A stretch of 64,000 nt of DNA from Mobula hypostoma (Eukaryota). This document shows, piece after piece, positions 1-11,079 of the stretch. The stretch is taken from assembly GCF_963921235.1 (NCBI RefSeq), contig NC_086098.1, positions 155,558,001 to 155,622,000 of the forward strand, given 5' to 3'. The number at the start of each line of letters is the position of its first letter. Within the stretch, counting starts at the first letter, position 1. The position numbers and the translations under genes were made by a program. The notes beneath the pieces are model-generated. The model did not search any database, was not told the origin of the DNA, and was given only the letters and a program-made list of their open reading frames with translations.

Positions 1-585
1 GATCCTCACGTTGCCATTTCTCCCTCTCGAGCTGCCTCTGCCTTTCTGCCTCTTCTCTCCGTTTTGCTGCCTTTGCTCTCTGTTTTGCTGCCTCTCTAGC
101 CTCTCTCTTGAGCTGTCTCAATTTCAATTCTTGCTCCATTCGTAATTTTTCCAACTGAAGCTGAAGCTTATCCTCAATAATAACATCAATTTCTGCTGTA
201 TTTCCACACAACCAAATCAAAAGGGAATTTCTCCCAATCAATTCAAACAAGCCTCCCGACCAAATTGTTCATATCCCGGACGAACCCCCAGTTTTGTCAC
301 GTACACCGTAACAGGAATAAAGAACCAGCAGAGATGGAAAACACTTTGGAGTCCAGTATTGCTATTAACTAATAATATTTATTAGTAACTACGCAAAACA
401 GTAATATAAATGTAGATAAATCAAACAGGTTAGCAATGATTACATATATAAGTAAGTATATCAGTAAGTGTGGAAATATATGTATGAAAAACCAAGCTTC
501 TTTAGGTCTAGGGGTAAAAAGATATAGTCTTACGATGATGACTAAAGTTCAGTTCAGTTCAGTTCATGGTATTTAGTTAAGTAGT

Positions 586-626
<41 letters not shown>

Positions 627-1291
627 AGAGATTTGAGTGTTCAAGTGAGCTGACGCCGTTCGATCTTCTCGTTGTCCTCAGAAATCCTTTAAAAGTCACC
701 GACTGTGACTTTAGCAAAGGGGACCGGTTTTCTGTGGTGGAGCTATCCCCCAGGCCAAGGTGGACACATGGATAACTCCTCACCAGTCAACCCTTTTCCT
801 CTTTCCACTGCAAGAGCTACTGATCGATCCGCCTGATCGATCCTCCAAAACCCACTTTTCCTGCGGGCACAACAATGCTCATTCAGTGTCCAGAGCATGT
901 GTCTGAGGTCTATCATCTGACCTCCTATTTTATCTTCTCGTGCTGAGCATCAATTGTCATTCAAATAACTCCTCCTTCCTCTCTTTGTGAAGAAATGCAA
1001 GCAGGCAAAAGTCCTTGAGGAGTGTCAACAACCTGCCGGGAATCATAACATCGAGTGTCCATTATTTAACACCGCCTTCGGTCACCATAGCAACTTACAA
1101 GCTGCTCGGTGCCATCTCCAACTCCAACTCAGCAGAAATCCAAAAGTTACTTCCAGTGCATTAAAGTGACAGTCCAACAGTTAGTCTTAGTCTCTCTCTC
1201 TCTCTTTTCAAAACAACATATCGGTGTTATATAACTCTCTCTCTCTTTTTCAAAAGCACAGTTCATAGGGGTAAATCAGGACCCCGTCACA
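1..1291 (-). mobile_element. 5' end of a Gypsy (Gmr1-like) LTR retrotransposon: LTR 295-1291, tRNA-Pro PBS 273-290, start of gag running off the window
   Basis: LTR bounded by TGTCAC (295) and GTCACA (1291). 273-290 reverse-complements to TGGGGGTTCGTCCGGGAT, 1 mismatch from the tRNA-Pro PBS. Minus frame reads QLEKLRMEQELKLRQL, like HLEKLRVEHE in the gag of the 29596 element. (AG)n and (GTTCA)n repeats lie inside the LTR. Confidence 0.8.
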
Positions 1292-1369
1292 TTGTAAACA
1301 CTGATCATGAATGTACTTTGAAATTTGAAAGAAGGGTACGGCTTGCCAACACCTATCCCGACAGTCTTT

Positions 1370-2900
1370 AGTGCCCTACCGTTCACTGTGTAAGATCTAC
1401 TCTGGTTGGCGCTACCAAAGGTCAACACCTTGCACTTGTCAGCATTAAATTCCATCTGTTATTTTTTAGCCCATTTTTTGTACTGGGCCAGATCCCTCCA
1501 GAAGCTCTGATAGTCTTCGTCACTATACACTACACTCCCAAATTTGAAGTCAACCACAAATTTGCTGATCTAGATAACCACATTATCAACCAGGTCATTG
1601 ATATAGATGACAAAGAACAACGGACCCAGCATCAATCGCTGCGACACTCCAATAGTCACAGGCGTCCAGTAAGAGATCTAACCATGTAAAGTCATTCTCC
1701 AGTTTCTCCCACAAAGTCAATGTCTAATCCATTTAATTACCTAAACTTTAATACTGATCAACTTGACCTTCTTAACCAGTCTCCCATGCGGGACCTTTTC
1801 AAATGCCTTGTAGACAACATCCACTGCCTCGCCTTCATCCAATTTCCTGGTAACTTCCTCGAAAAACTTGGTTCGTCTCGACTTACCACGCACAAAGCCA
1901 TGCTGACCATCCCTAATCAATCTCTCTCCATCCAAATACTCATATATTTGGTCTCTTAGAACAACCTCCCAACAACTTTACCACGACTGATGTCAGGGTC
2001 GCCCGACCTTAATTATCTGGTTTATATTTAGAGCCTTTCTTAAACAGCGGGATAACATCAGCTATCGTGTAATACTCCGGTGCTTCTCGTGTCGTTAAGG
2101 ATGATTATGTTCTGTCCCCTGCAATTTCAGCATTTGCCTCTCACAGAGTTTAAGGGAACACCTTGTTGGGCCTGAGGATTTATCCTCCCTAATTTTCCTC
2201 AAGATAACAAACACCTCGTCTTCTGAAATCGCATAGGGTCCACGACCTCGCTTCCACTTTGCCTCATTTCTATAGGTTCTGTGTCCGTCTCTCGAGTGAA
2301 CAGAGATTCAAAAAGGAAAAAAAGGATTTAAGATCTCCGAGCAACATACATCAAAGTTGCTGGTGAACGCAGCAGGCCAAGCAGCATCTATAGGAAGAGG
2401 TGCAGTCGACGTTTCAGGCCGAGACCCTTCGTCAGGACTAACTGAAGGAAGAGTGAGTAAGGGATTTAAGATCTCCGCATCTCTTCTGGCTCCACGCATA
2501 GATTACCATTCTGATCTTCCAGAGGACCAGTTTTTTCCCCTTGCAATCCTTTTCTCGTAATATACCTGAAGAAGCCTCATTCACATTGCAAACCTCAGAC
2601 CTTCTTTTTGCCTTCCTGATTTCTTTCTTAAGTGTTCTCTTGCATTTCACATACTCCAGATGTACCTCATTTGTTCCTACCTGCCTTTAGCTGCGATGAT
2701 CCTCCTTTTTCTCCTTGGCCAGGGCCTCAAGATCTTTTGGAAACCGAGGTTCCTTGAACCTGTTACCTTTAACATACAAGACTTTTACTCTCAAATTTCC
2801 ACTTATGAAGGCCTCCTACTTACCAAGTACACCTTTACCAGAAGACGGCTTGTCCCAGTTCACACTTGCCAGATCCTTTCTGATACCATCAAAATTGGCC
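1370..2900 (-). mobile_element. Degenerate CR1 LINE ORF2 fragments (predate the duplication)
   Basis: Minus ORFs LIRDGQHGFVRGKS and AVDVVYKAFEKVPHGRL are CR1 RT motifs. Homologous copy at about 28330-29560 plus 34430-34600. Confidence 0.8.
2340..2461 (-). mobile_element. Short Penelope-like terminal fragment, unit A only
   Basis: gcaacatacatcaaagttgctggtgaacgc... terminal sequence flanked by duplicated GGATTTAAGATCTCCG (2324-2339 and 2462-2477). Single copy of this motif at the unit B site (about 29271). Confidence 0.7.
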
Positions 2901-4068
2901 TTTTTCCAATTTAGATATGCATACCTAAAAAACTTAAAAGAGGCGAATAAGAAGAAAAAGAAGCCAATGGGTGCAGTGCCTGTCACTTTGCGTTCAATCG
3001 TTGATTGCATGAGTTATTCCCCCCTTGAAAGTGAATCAATAGTCTAAGTTACGTTAACGAGGGAATAGACTAGCGTGAATAATATTTGTATGCAGAGGTT
3101 TCCATGGTTTGGAGGATCATCGAATTAAGTAGGGGTTTGCAGCTTCATTTTTTTCAATTATTTACCTAGTATTTTAAAGACTTTTTTCCCAACTCCATCT
3201 CCTGCAAAATATTCCAAAGTAAAGTTCTGCAGTGTTGTTCTTTATTGCCGCCTTGTTTCGCCTATTACTTCTGTTAGTGTCTTATGGGTACAAATATTTA
3301 TGCCATAAATATTTTTCCTTATATATAAATTTATAATAAAAGACAATTCATAAAGTAAATGTCTTTGTCAAGCTTACTCTCAAAGCCCCTGTCTGAGCGA
3401 ATCAATCACTCTTTAACTAGACTCTCAGCTAATATAAGTATTGCGTCTTGACAATATTCCGAATCCGAACATATGCTGTGCGCCTGGCAACCTAGTTGAA
3501 GTAATAAACACAATCATGATCAATATATTTGATTTTGTATGTTTAATCACCCGATATCATCACTTATATATAGTATTTTCAGCAAGACGTACACATTTGA
3601 TTTATTCTGTTAATTTCTCGCTTATTCCTGGCGCTTGGGCACAACTCAAAGTAACTGAGACATTCAAGCATTTTTGGATTTTTCATTAAAAATCTACTTA
3701 ATTGTAACGAACACGCATGATCACGATACAGAGTACAGACAGCTAAAGCTAATGGATAGGTCACTTTATTGAAGGATATCGGGGTTGTTGCAGGTTAGTA
3801 AGGTGGTTGATTCTTTGATTTAGACTTACTGTAACTGACACTGTAAAAGGGAGGTTAGACATTTATACAAATTAATTGATTGGTAGCGTGATGTTCTTGA
3901 GGTGTTTATGCAGATGCAAATTTGTGAAGTTACTTCTCAAGAACTCCAAGTATAACGTGGAAAATTGCTGTCAGTTTGTTTTTTCAATGTCGCCATTTCC
4001 AGCTGGGAAATCTTAGGAGATGGCGAGCTCAACACAGCTGCCCAATTAAGCCTCGTAAGGCAGCATTA

Positions 4069-4076
4069 ATTTGCAT
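4069..4076 (+). promoter_or_regulatory. Ig light-chain promoter octamer ATTTGCAT (cluster 1)
   Basis: Perfect octamer about 120 bp upstream of the leader ATG. E-box CACGTG at 4095-4100 is conserved in cluster 2. An inverted ATGCAAAT also lies at 3914-3921. Confidence 0.85.
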
Positions 4077-4194
4077 AAATGTAGAGCACATAATCACGTG
4101 CTCCTATTCGTTGCACTGATAAGGCAAGGAGAGCCGACCAGCGTTATATTCTGACTGAAAACCGTGAACTTTCCAGAACGCATCCGAATTCACG

Positions 4195-4237
4195 ATGTCC
4201 GGGAGGGTGGGTGTCATCTTGATAATTTGCGCAGCCT
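4195..4237 (+). pseudogene. IGL: IgL cluster 1 leader exon (MSGRVGVILIICAA, phase-1 donor)
   Basis: ATG at 4195, hydrophobic signal peptide, GTAAGT donor at 4238. Paralogue of 38869-38911. Confidence 0.85.
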
Positions 4238-4338
4238 GTAAGTATCTAATAACAGTTATTTGGATTTTTAGAGCGCATTCCTGTTGCAGATAATTATTAA
4301 CATGAAGCCCGCCATCTAATACCGGTTTATTTTTCTGG

Positions 4339-4688
4339 GTTCAAATGCAGAGATCACATTAAGTCAAGAGGGATCTCTGTTGGTTCAGCCGAGAGGAACA
4401 GTGAAGATCGGTTGTAGCGTGTCAGGCACTAACTTGGGAAACGATGACATAAATTGGTACCAACAGAAACCTGATGGTACTCCCCGATTTCTCCTCTATC
4501 ATGATCTCCGCCGGGACGTAAAGGGTACTGGCATTCCCGATAGATTCTCTGGAAGGTTTCAGTCTTCGATAACGCCGCATTTTTAACCATTAGCAATGTT
4601 CAACCGGAGGACGACGCCGATTACTACTGTGACTATTGGAAGTCAAACGCGTTCCACTTCGGTGGAGGCACCAAGCTGGCTGTAACAG
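4339..4688 (+). pseudogene. IGL: IgL cluster 1 germline-joined VJ exon, inactivated
   Basis: V-set hallmarks C23, [21 protein letters not shown], followed directly by [10 protein letters not shown] and a GT donor at 4689. Acceptor 4337-4338 is GG (AG in cluster 2). 1-nt deletion at about 4569-4570 (TCG AT- AAC vs TCG AGC AAC) gives TAA at 4584-4586. Confidence 0.9.
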
Positions 4689-4817
4689 GTAAGCAGCGTT
4701 TTTTTTGTGCAGTTGAATTACCTTATCATTTTAGGGATCCAATTTATAAAGACGTGGAGTCAATTAGATTATTGGTGCAACTATTACGTGAATATGGCAC
4801 TCAGAACTTAAACAATT

Positions 4818-5175
4818 TTGAGATTGTATTTGGGTGGTAGTGTGGAGGTACGTCTCTACCAAAGGAGACTTTTTCGCTCTGCTAGCTTGCATGTCACCCT
4901 TGAGCAAGGTATATTACCTGTTCGGCTCCCTGATCAGGGTAACGTGAAGCTATGGGAGAAAGTGGTGGATGGACGTATTATCAAATTTTCTGATTATGCG
5001 ACTACTGACGCCAGGCAGATGCTCTCTGAAGTGCATTGATAATAGTTTCTGAAGACACTGTCAAGAAGAAGGCAATGGAAAACCACTTATGTAGAAAAAA
5101 TTGCCAAGGGCAAATTTGTCAAGGATAAGACCATGATTGCCCACGTCATAGAGCATTGCACATAATGCCGATGAT
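4818..5175 (+). mobile_element. Old RTE-related retroposon in the J-C intron (also about 39500-39870)
   Basis: gaagaaggcaatggaaaaccact motif resembles the RTE/Bov-A 3' motif and the element ends in a gat-rich tail. Present at the same position in both clusters. Confidence 0.5.
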
Positions 5176-6899
5176 GCGTTTCTATGCATTAAGCAGCATT
5201 CTGGGAGTAAAAGCTTTATTTTCTATTAGTCTCATGGTTCATGCAGAAGCTGTCAGCAGAATAATTTGCAGCTCTTAATAATAGTCAAAGCATCGCACAT
5301 GGGAAAGTGAGAAAATATTTAAGTTAGGGACATGAAGAACTATCAGCAGTGAAAGTAATTTTCGATAAAATATTTAAGCCATCAGCGTGAATTTTACGGA
5401 ATTCCTTGAATCCTCAAAGCATATGAGGCTCTTTAAATTTGTGTTATTTTCGGGAGGGAGGGTGTGTTGGAAGAAGAGGCTGTTTGACTCAAGTAAATTG
5501 AAAGGGACAGCGAGAACATATGATGCCTGGCCTGCTGAGTTCCTCCAGCAGTTTGTGTACGTGCCACTGTAGTTAGAACAGGGGAGAAGGGGATATCCCT
5601 CAATTCCTGTCGGGCCGAGAATTAGAGTCTGATAACCAGAAGCTCCCCGAAATCTCTTAGACCAACACAGAATTTAAGGATGACTTTCGAACGCTCGAAA
5701 TTTACGTCCTGTTTGCATCAGAGTTTTACATAAGAAAGGGAGTCAATGAATTCATTCCATCAATAGAAAAGAGGCAGAACTCTTTCGGAATAATCTATCA
5801 CCAGCATGTGTTCGATAATTCTAAACATAAGACTACTGAGATTTATTGCTTGCAACTTAATGCCATCTATAACTACATTATCATAACACCGTATACGAAG
5901 GTTAATTTGAAAGCAACACCTACATTTAAACCCTGAGCACTGATGAAAATAAGTACATCGTTGTTACAAAATGGGTTGAAACGAGCAATTGCAAGTTTCT
6001 ATCACGTATTAGGATGATGATCACAGAAACCATTGACTTTCCACGGCGATTTCTTTCACCTCACCATAGATTGCTGCGGTAAACACGGCAAACATTGAAA
6101 AAGCTTCGATGACGCGAATTCTCTTTGTTGTTACAGTAGCATTAATCAAAGTACAGTGCACGAGCATTCAATTATTTGCACTAAAGTAATCTACATTTGT
6201 AGCAATCATTCTGCAGTTATCTTGAAAGGGCAAATTACCGGATTTGGGCTATTTTTGTAGATATTAACTGCTGCATTGGATTTACATGGCTGGCGCCTCC
6301 CCCCTCTGATTTATATTATCAGAACAGGTTTCTCAAGTATTCGATGCCACAGGGTTCAGGTTACTTTTCAAATATTTAGACTGCACCGTGTCTGACCTGG
6401 GAGTATTTGACAGAGTTGTGTGGAGGGAGATTTAGTTTGCTCCTGATTCTTGAGTTACTTTACTGAGTAAAGCTAATTGACTTCCTTCCATCATTATCTC
6501 TCCGTATTTGCAAGACTAAAATCCATTCCTGTACGGTTCTCCTTTCAAACACTCCAAGGGTACGAGTATGATGAGTTAAACACAAATCGATTTCACTTAC
6601 AATATCGCAATAAACACTGGCAAGGCCAGGACATCACGAGTTAGATGGAAAGATGAGGCCCTAGACTGCCCGTCCGTTAGTATCAATCCTCAGCAGGTTA
6701 TGGGAATTCTGCAGTAGCACCGTACCCTGAAACCTAATACTGTATAGAATTTAGTTAAAGTGCTCCACTGTTTCGTCTCCAGAATCAGAATCGATCTCGT
6801 TTTAGGACATGAGGCTTGTTAAGCGATTGAAAGAGCGCTTTGGGACCAGTCACCATAAATCTATTAGTTTTTAAAGTATTTTTGAAAAATAGATACGTG

Positions 6900-8460
6900 T
6901 AGTTCACAAGTTAGAGCCTAAATTGGAGCAAAGTAAAATTTGATGGGATTGGACCGGAACTCTCAAAGATTGATTCGGAGAAGCTGTTAGCAGGTGCAGT
7001 GAAGTTTGGCAAGTCGGAAGTTTTTGAAAGTGACACGCAGGGGATTCAGGGCAAATATGTTCCTGTCAGATGAAAGGCAAGGTAGGTTATTGCGGTTCTG
7101 CTCAGGACACAGAAAATGCGACGCACAGCCAACTGAGATCAAGCAAAAGCTGATGGGAAAGTAAGGAATTTAGAAATTTAGTTAATGAGGAAAATAGGAG
7201 CAAATGTGGACAGATCTTTAGCAGATAAGTTGATCCGAAGAGATTCTTTAAATATATTAAGAGTAGAAAGGCAGCTGGGGAGAAAAAAGTTCCACGTAGG
7301 GATTAGTTTGATCGTAGATGTGTAGATCCTCAGGAGACTGACGTGGAATGAAATTAATACTTCTAATCTACTTTAAAGTGGAAAAGTCATAGAAACTCGG
7401 ACAATCGGCGATGAACAATGCGATGCCCCGAAGCATAATGATGTTATGGAAAATGGACTGTTGGCGTTTTTGAGGAGAATAACAGTTGATAAATCTCGGG
7501 ACCTTGGTCTCTATATCCTCAATCATGTAGCAAGCTTGGGAACAAATTGCTGGGATCTTTGCAGAGCCTTCTGTATTTTTGTTAGCGGCATGCATGCTTT
7601 CGGAAATCTAAATTTTGACTAAAGTTTCATTTTTACATGAGACTGCAAGGATAAGCTAAGGAACTACAGACCGGCGACCCTAACATTAGTTGAAGGCTAC
7701 TCTAGGTGATTCTGCGACAGGAGCTCTATATACATTTGGAAAGGCAAGAAATTAGGAATAGTCAGCATGATTTTATGTGTGAGAAATCACGTCTTCGAAA
7801 CTTACTTAGCTGTTTTGAAGAGGTGACCAAAACAATTGATGTGAGCAGGGCTCTAGTTGACCACATGGATGGACGTCGTGAATTATAATGAACTACTGGG
7901 ATAAACTGGGATTGCTTTCCTTTCAACGCAAAGAGGCTGACGTGTGACATTAGAGGTTTATTAATTCATGACGGAAATACATAAGGTGAACGGTGAACGT
8001 CTAATAAACCCCTCAATGGCTTCCAGACGGGTACAAGTATCGCTTTTTACCGACATGTCGATGACAAACCGTGCCATCTTCATCATGAAGGTGGAGAGTT
8101 TGCCATTGAAACGTCGGTTAAAATGGATACCTGTATCCGGCAGGAAACGCGAGAAGCGTTTATTCGTCATATACGCCGGGAAAGCACCAGATCCTTTTAG
8201 GTCAAAGTCTATTTCTCATTATCACGGTGCTTAAAACTGGAGGGCATGGGTTTAAGAAGACGGAGGAAAATTAAAGGAATTTTTTTTTCACAAAGATGGT
8301 GGTTAAATGGCAAAATGTGTCAGAGGAAACAATAGGTTTTGCAACAGTTGCGAAGTTTAAAGTACATTTGGAGATGTACACGGATGGGTAATGTTTAAAG
8401 AGATATGGAGCAAATGCAGATGAATGGGTCCAGCTGATCGACGCCTTATTCGGCATCAAC
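6900..8460 (+). mobile_element. Ancient CR1 remnant in the J-C intron (also about 41780-43370)
   Basis: Eroded CR1 ORF2 motifs (NSQHDFMCEKSRLRNLLSCFEEVTK) and a CR1-like 3' end. Shared by both clusters. Confidence 0.65.
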
Positions 8461-9277
8461 GAAGTGAGCGAAGAACTTGTTTTCTTGTTGTATAACTCTA
8501 GGATTCCAGTATGCGGCTCGTGTTTCTATGAGGTGTTGATCGCCATAGAGTGGTAAGTGCGTTTATGGATCAGTTATTGCATTGACGGCTCTTAACTCAG
8601 GAATACACACCGCAGGGCGATTGTTCGAAATTCGCTATTACTGCCTTCATCGCATGAGATAGGGAGAGAGCTGAAGGTGAAAGGTGTATGTGATGCCGCG
8701 CGAATTTGGAAGTGTGCGAGTAGCGCTCCGTTTGTTTTGGTATCCTGGGTCATTTTGTTAAAACCCATGAAGCAGAGCGACCTCCAGTCTTCTTGTATAG
8801 TCATGCATTTAGAGCATGACAGCTCACTGTGAAGACTGCGAGGTAGCCGCTCTGCAACGGATAAGAGAAATCACCCTCAGATATAAGGGTGTTTATTGAC
8901 GCGGACAAAAAATATTAGATTTGTGACTGGAACTGCGCAGCCTATTCTAGCACGGGAGAGTGTCAGTAATTGCAGTGCGGCTATGTAATTGTGATATTTC
9001 TGAGTTATAAACATTGTCCAGGACAATAATCTTTCCTGCTCCTCTTGAAATAATCTCACAGGTCGTATCCAGTCACCGTACCAACCTAAGGCCGATGGTT
9101 CAACACGCATTCGGCACCGTTCTGCAATGTCAGTCCACTTTTTGCCACTCGTCTGCGGTGTTGGACCTGAACCCGCAACTTGCCATCTGAGAGGCCGCAC
9201 GTCAAGCCACGAAGTATTAAATGATTCAGACACAATTTGTTATCGTTCTTTCATATGGACTTTTTTTGTCATTCCAG

Positions 9278-9606
9278 GTGGAAAATTGACCCGTCCTTCG
9301 ATTGCTCTTCTTCCACCCGCATCAAAACAGATCACTGAAGGACGGATCGCGACTCTGGTGTGTCTGGTGAATAATTTTTCCCCTAGATTGGTGGAGGTTT
9401 CCTGGGAAATGGACGGTAATGCCGTGAAGGCTGGTGTCCAGACGACCCGAACCGTCAGGAATAACGACCAGACCTACAGCCTGAGCAGTTACCTCACCCT
9501 GACCGCCTCCGAGTGGAACTCACACGAAGTGTACACTTGCGGGGTTACACACCAGTCTCTCGGGTCTCCACCAAAGCGAAGCATCCAGAAGTCGGGCTGT
9601 GCGTAA
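9278..9606 (+). CDS. IGL: IgL cluster 1 constant exon (open frame, but belongs to the pseudogenised cluster)
   Basis: ttccAG acceptor at 9276-9277, phase compatible with J. C1-set motifs ATLVCLV, VSW, YSLSSYL, YTCGVTH. Penultimate Cys (SGCA*) fits the H-L disulfide. Confidence 0.92.
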
Positions 9607-9773
9607 GAGAGAGCCGGCCGGCTGGGTGCGCGATGTTACTTGTGGTTGGGCACGGCAACGTTTTACGATTGTTTCCTTTCTATTGGCGAGCGGCTTTCGA
9701 AAAGTAGAACTTCAACAATATCTACATTATAAGAAAATAATCATTTTGTAATTAAGTCCTAGAATTTTTTTTA

Positions 9774-9784
9774 AATAAAATAAA
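9774..9784 (+). terminator. Overlapping polyadenylation signals AATAAA (cluster 1)
   Basis: AATAAA at 9774-9779 and 9779-9784, about 170 bp after the stop. Conserved at 44643-44653. Confidence 0.75.
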
Positions 9785-9898
9785 ATATTATTCTTCTGGC
9801 AAACTGTATATTTTGTATGTCAACAGTTGAGTATAAACAGAGCATGGGCACCTATCAATATCTAAGTACATTGAGACTACGAGCGCCAGTCTTTTAAC

Positions 9899-10462
9899 AT
9901 TGAAACATAGAAAACCTACAACACAATACAGGCCTTTCGGCCCACAAAACTGTGACTAGCATGTCCTTATCTTAGAAATTACCTAGAGTTACCCAAAGCC
10001 CTCTATTCTTCTAAGTGCTTTGCAGTTATCCAGGAGTCTCCTAGAAGACCCTATCTTTTCCGCCTCCTCCACCGCCGCCGGCAGCCCATTTCATGCACTC
10101 ACCAATTTCTGCGTAAACAAAAAACTTCGTCCTGACATCTCCTCTGTACCTACTTCCAAGCACATTAAAATTATGCCCTCTCGTGTTACTCATTTCAGCC
10201 CTGGGAAAAAGCCTCTGACTATCCACAAGATCAATGCCTTTCATCATCTTGACAATCTCTATCAGGTCACCTCTTATCCTCCGCCACTCCAAGGAGAAAA
10301 GGCCGAGTTCACTCAGCCTATTCTCATAAGGCATGCTCCCCAATCCAGGCAACATCCTTGTAAATCTCCTGTGCACCCTTTCTATGGGTTCCACGTCCTT
10401 GAAGTAGTGAGGCGACCAGAATTGAGCACAGTACTCCAAGTGGGGTATGACCAGGGTGTTAA
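9899..10462 (-). mobile_element. 5'-truncated CR1 3' end, unit A only
   Basis: Minus ORF PHLEYCAQFWSPHY...RGDLIE and a ctatgtttc-type tail at about 9900. Absent at unit B about 44760. Confidence 0.85.
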
Positions 10463-10533
10463 ACTCAATCCCAAAAATCGCCAGTCTTTTAAGGCAAAAC
10501 TGCCCGGAAATCGAAAAGCGTGCATGCGGCCAC

Positions 10534-11079
10534 ACATTTTAATTCCACATCCCATTCCCATTCTGATATGTCTATCCACGGCCTCCTCGACTGTAAAGAT
10601 GAAGCCACACTCAGGTTGGAGGAACAACACCTTATGTTCCGTCTGGGTAACCTCCAACCTGATGGCATGAACATTGACTTCCCTAACTTCCGCTAATGCC
10701 CCACCTCCCCCTTGTACCCCATCCGTTATTTATTTTGATACACACATTCTTTCTCTCACTCTTCTTTTTCTCCCTCTGTCCCTCTGACTATACCCCTTGC
10801 CCATCCTCTGGGCTCCCCCCCCTCACTTTTCCTTCTCCCTGTCCTCCTGTCCCATGATCCTCTCATACTCCTTTTGCCAATCAACTGTCCAGCTCTTGGC
10901 TCCAAACCTCCCCCTCCTGTCTTCTCCTATCATTTTCGATCTCCCCCTCCCCCTCTTACTTTTAAAACTCTTACTAGCTTTTTCTTCAGTTAGTCCTGAC
11001 GAAGGGTATCGGCCTGAAACGTCGGCTGTACCTCTTCCTAGAGATGCTGCCTGGCCTGCTGAGTTCACCAGCAACTTTG
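10534..11079 (+). mobile_element. Penelope-like element 3' fragment, unit A only
   Basis: GIY-YIG C-terminal sequence and the ...gctgagttcaccagcaactttg terminus. Flanked by ATGCGGCCACA / ATGCGGTTACA. Confidence 0.75.

Noticed and set aside
8825-8831. CACTGTG heptamer in the cluster 1 J-C intron (kappa-deleting-element-like partner?)
   Set aside because: No nonamer at 12 or 23 bp, and the site is GTCTGTG in cluster 2.
9127-9606. ATG-initiated 159-aa ORF reading through the intron into C (lambda5-like surrogate chain?)
   Set aside because: The N-terminal 50 codons are intronic, have no J-like FGxG strand, and contain stops in the cluster 2 homologue.
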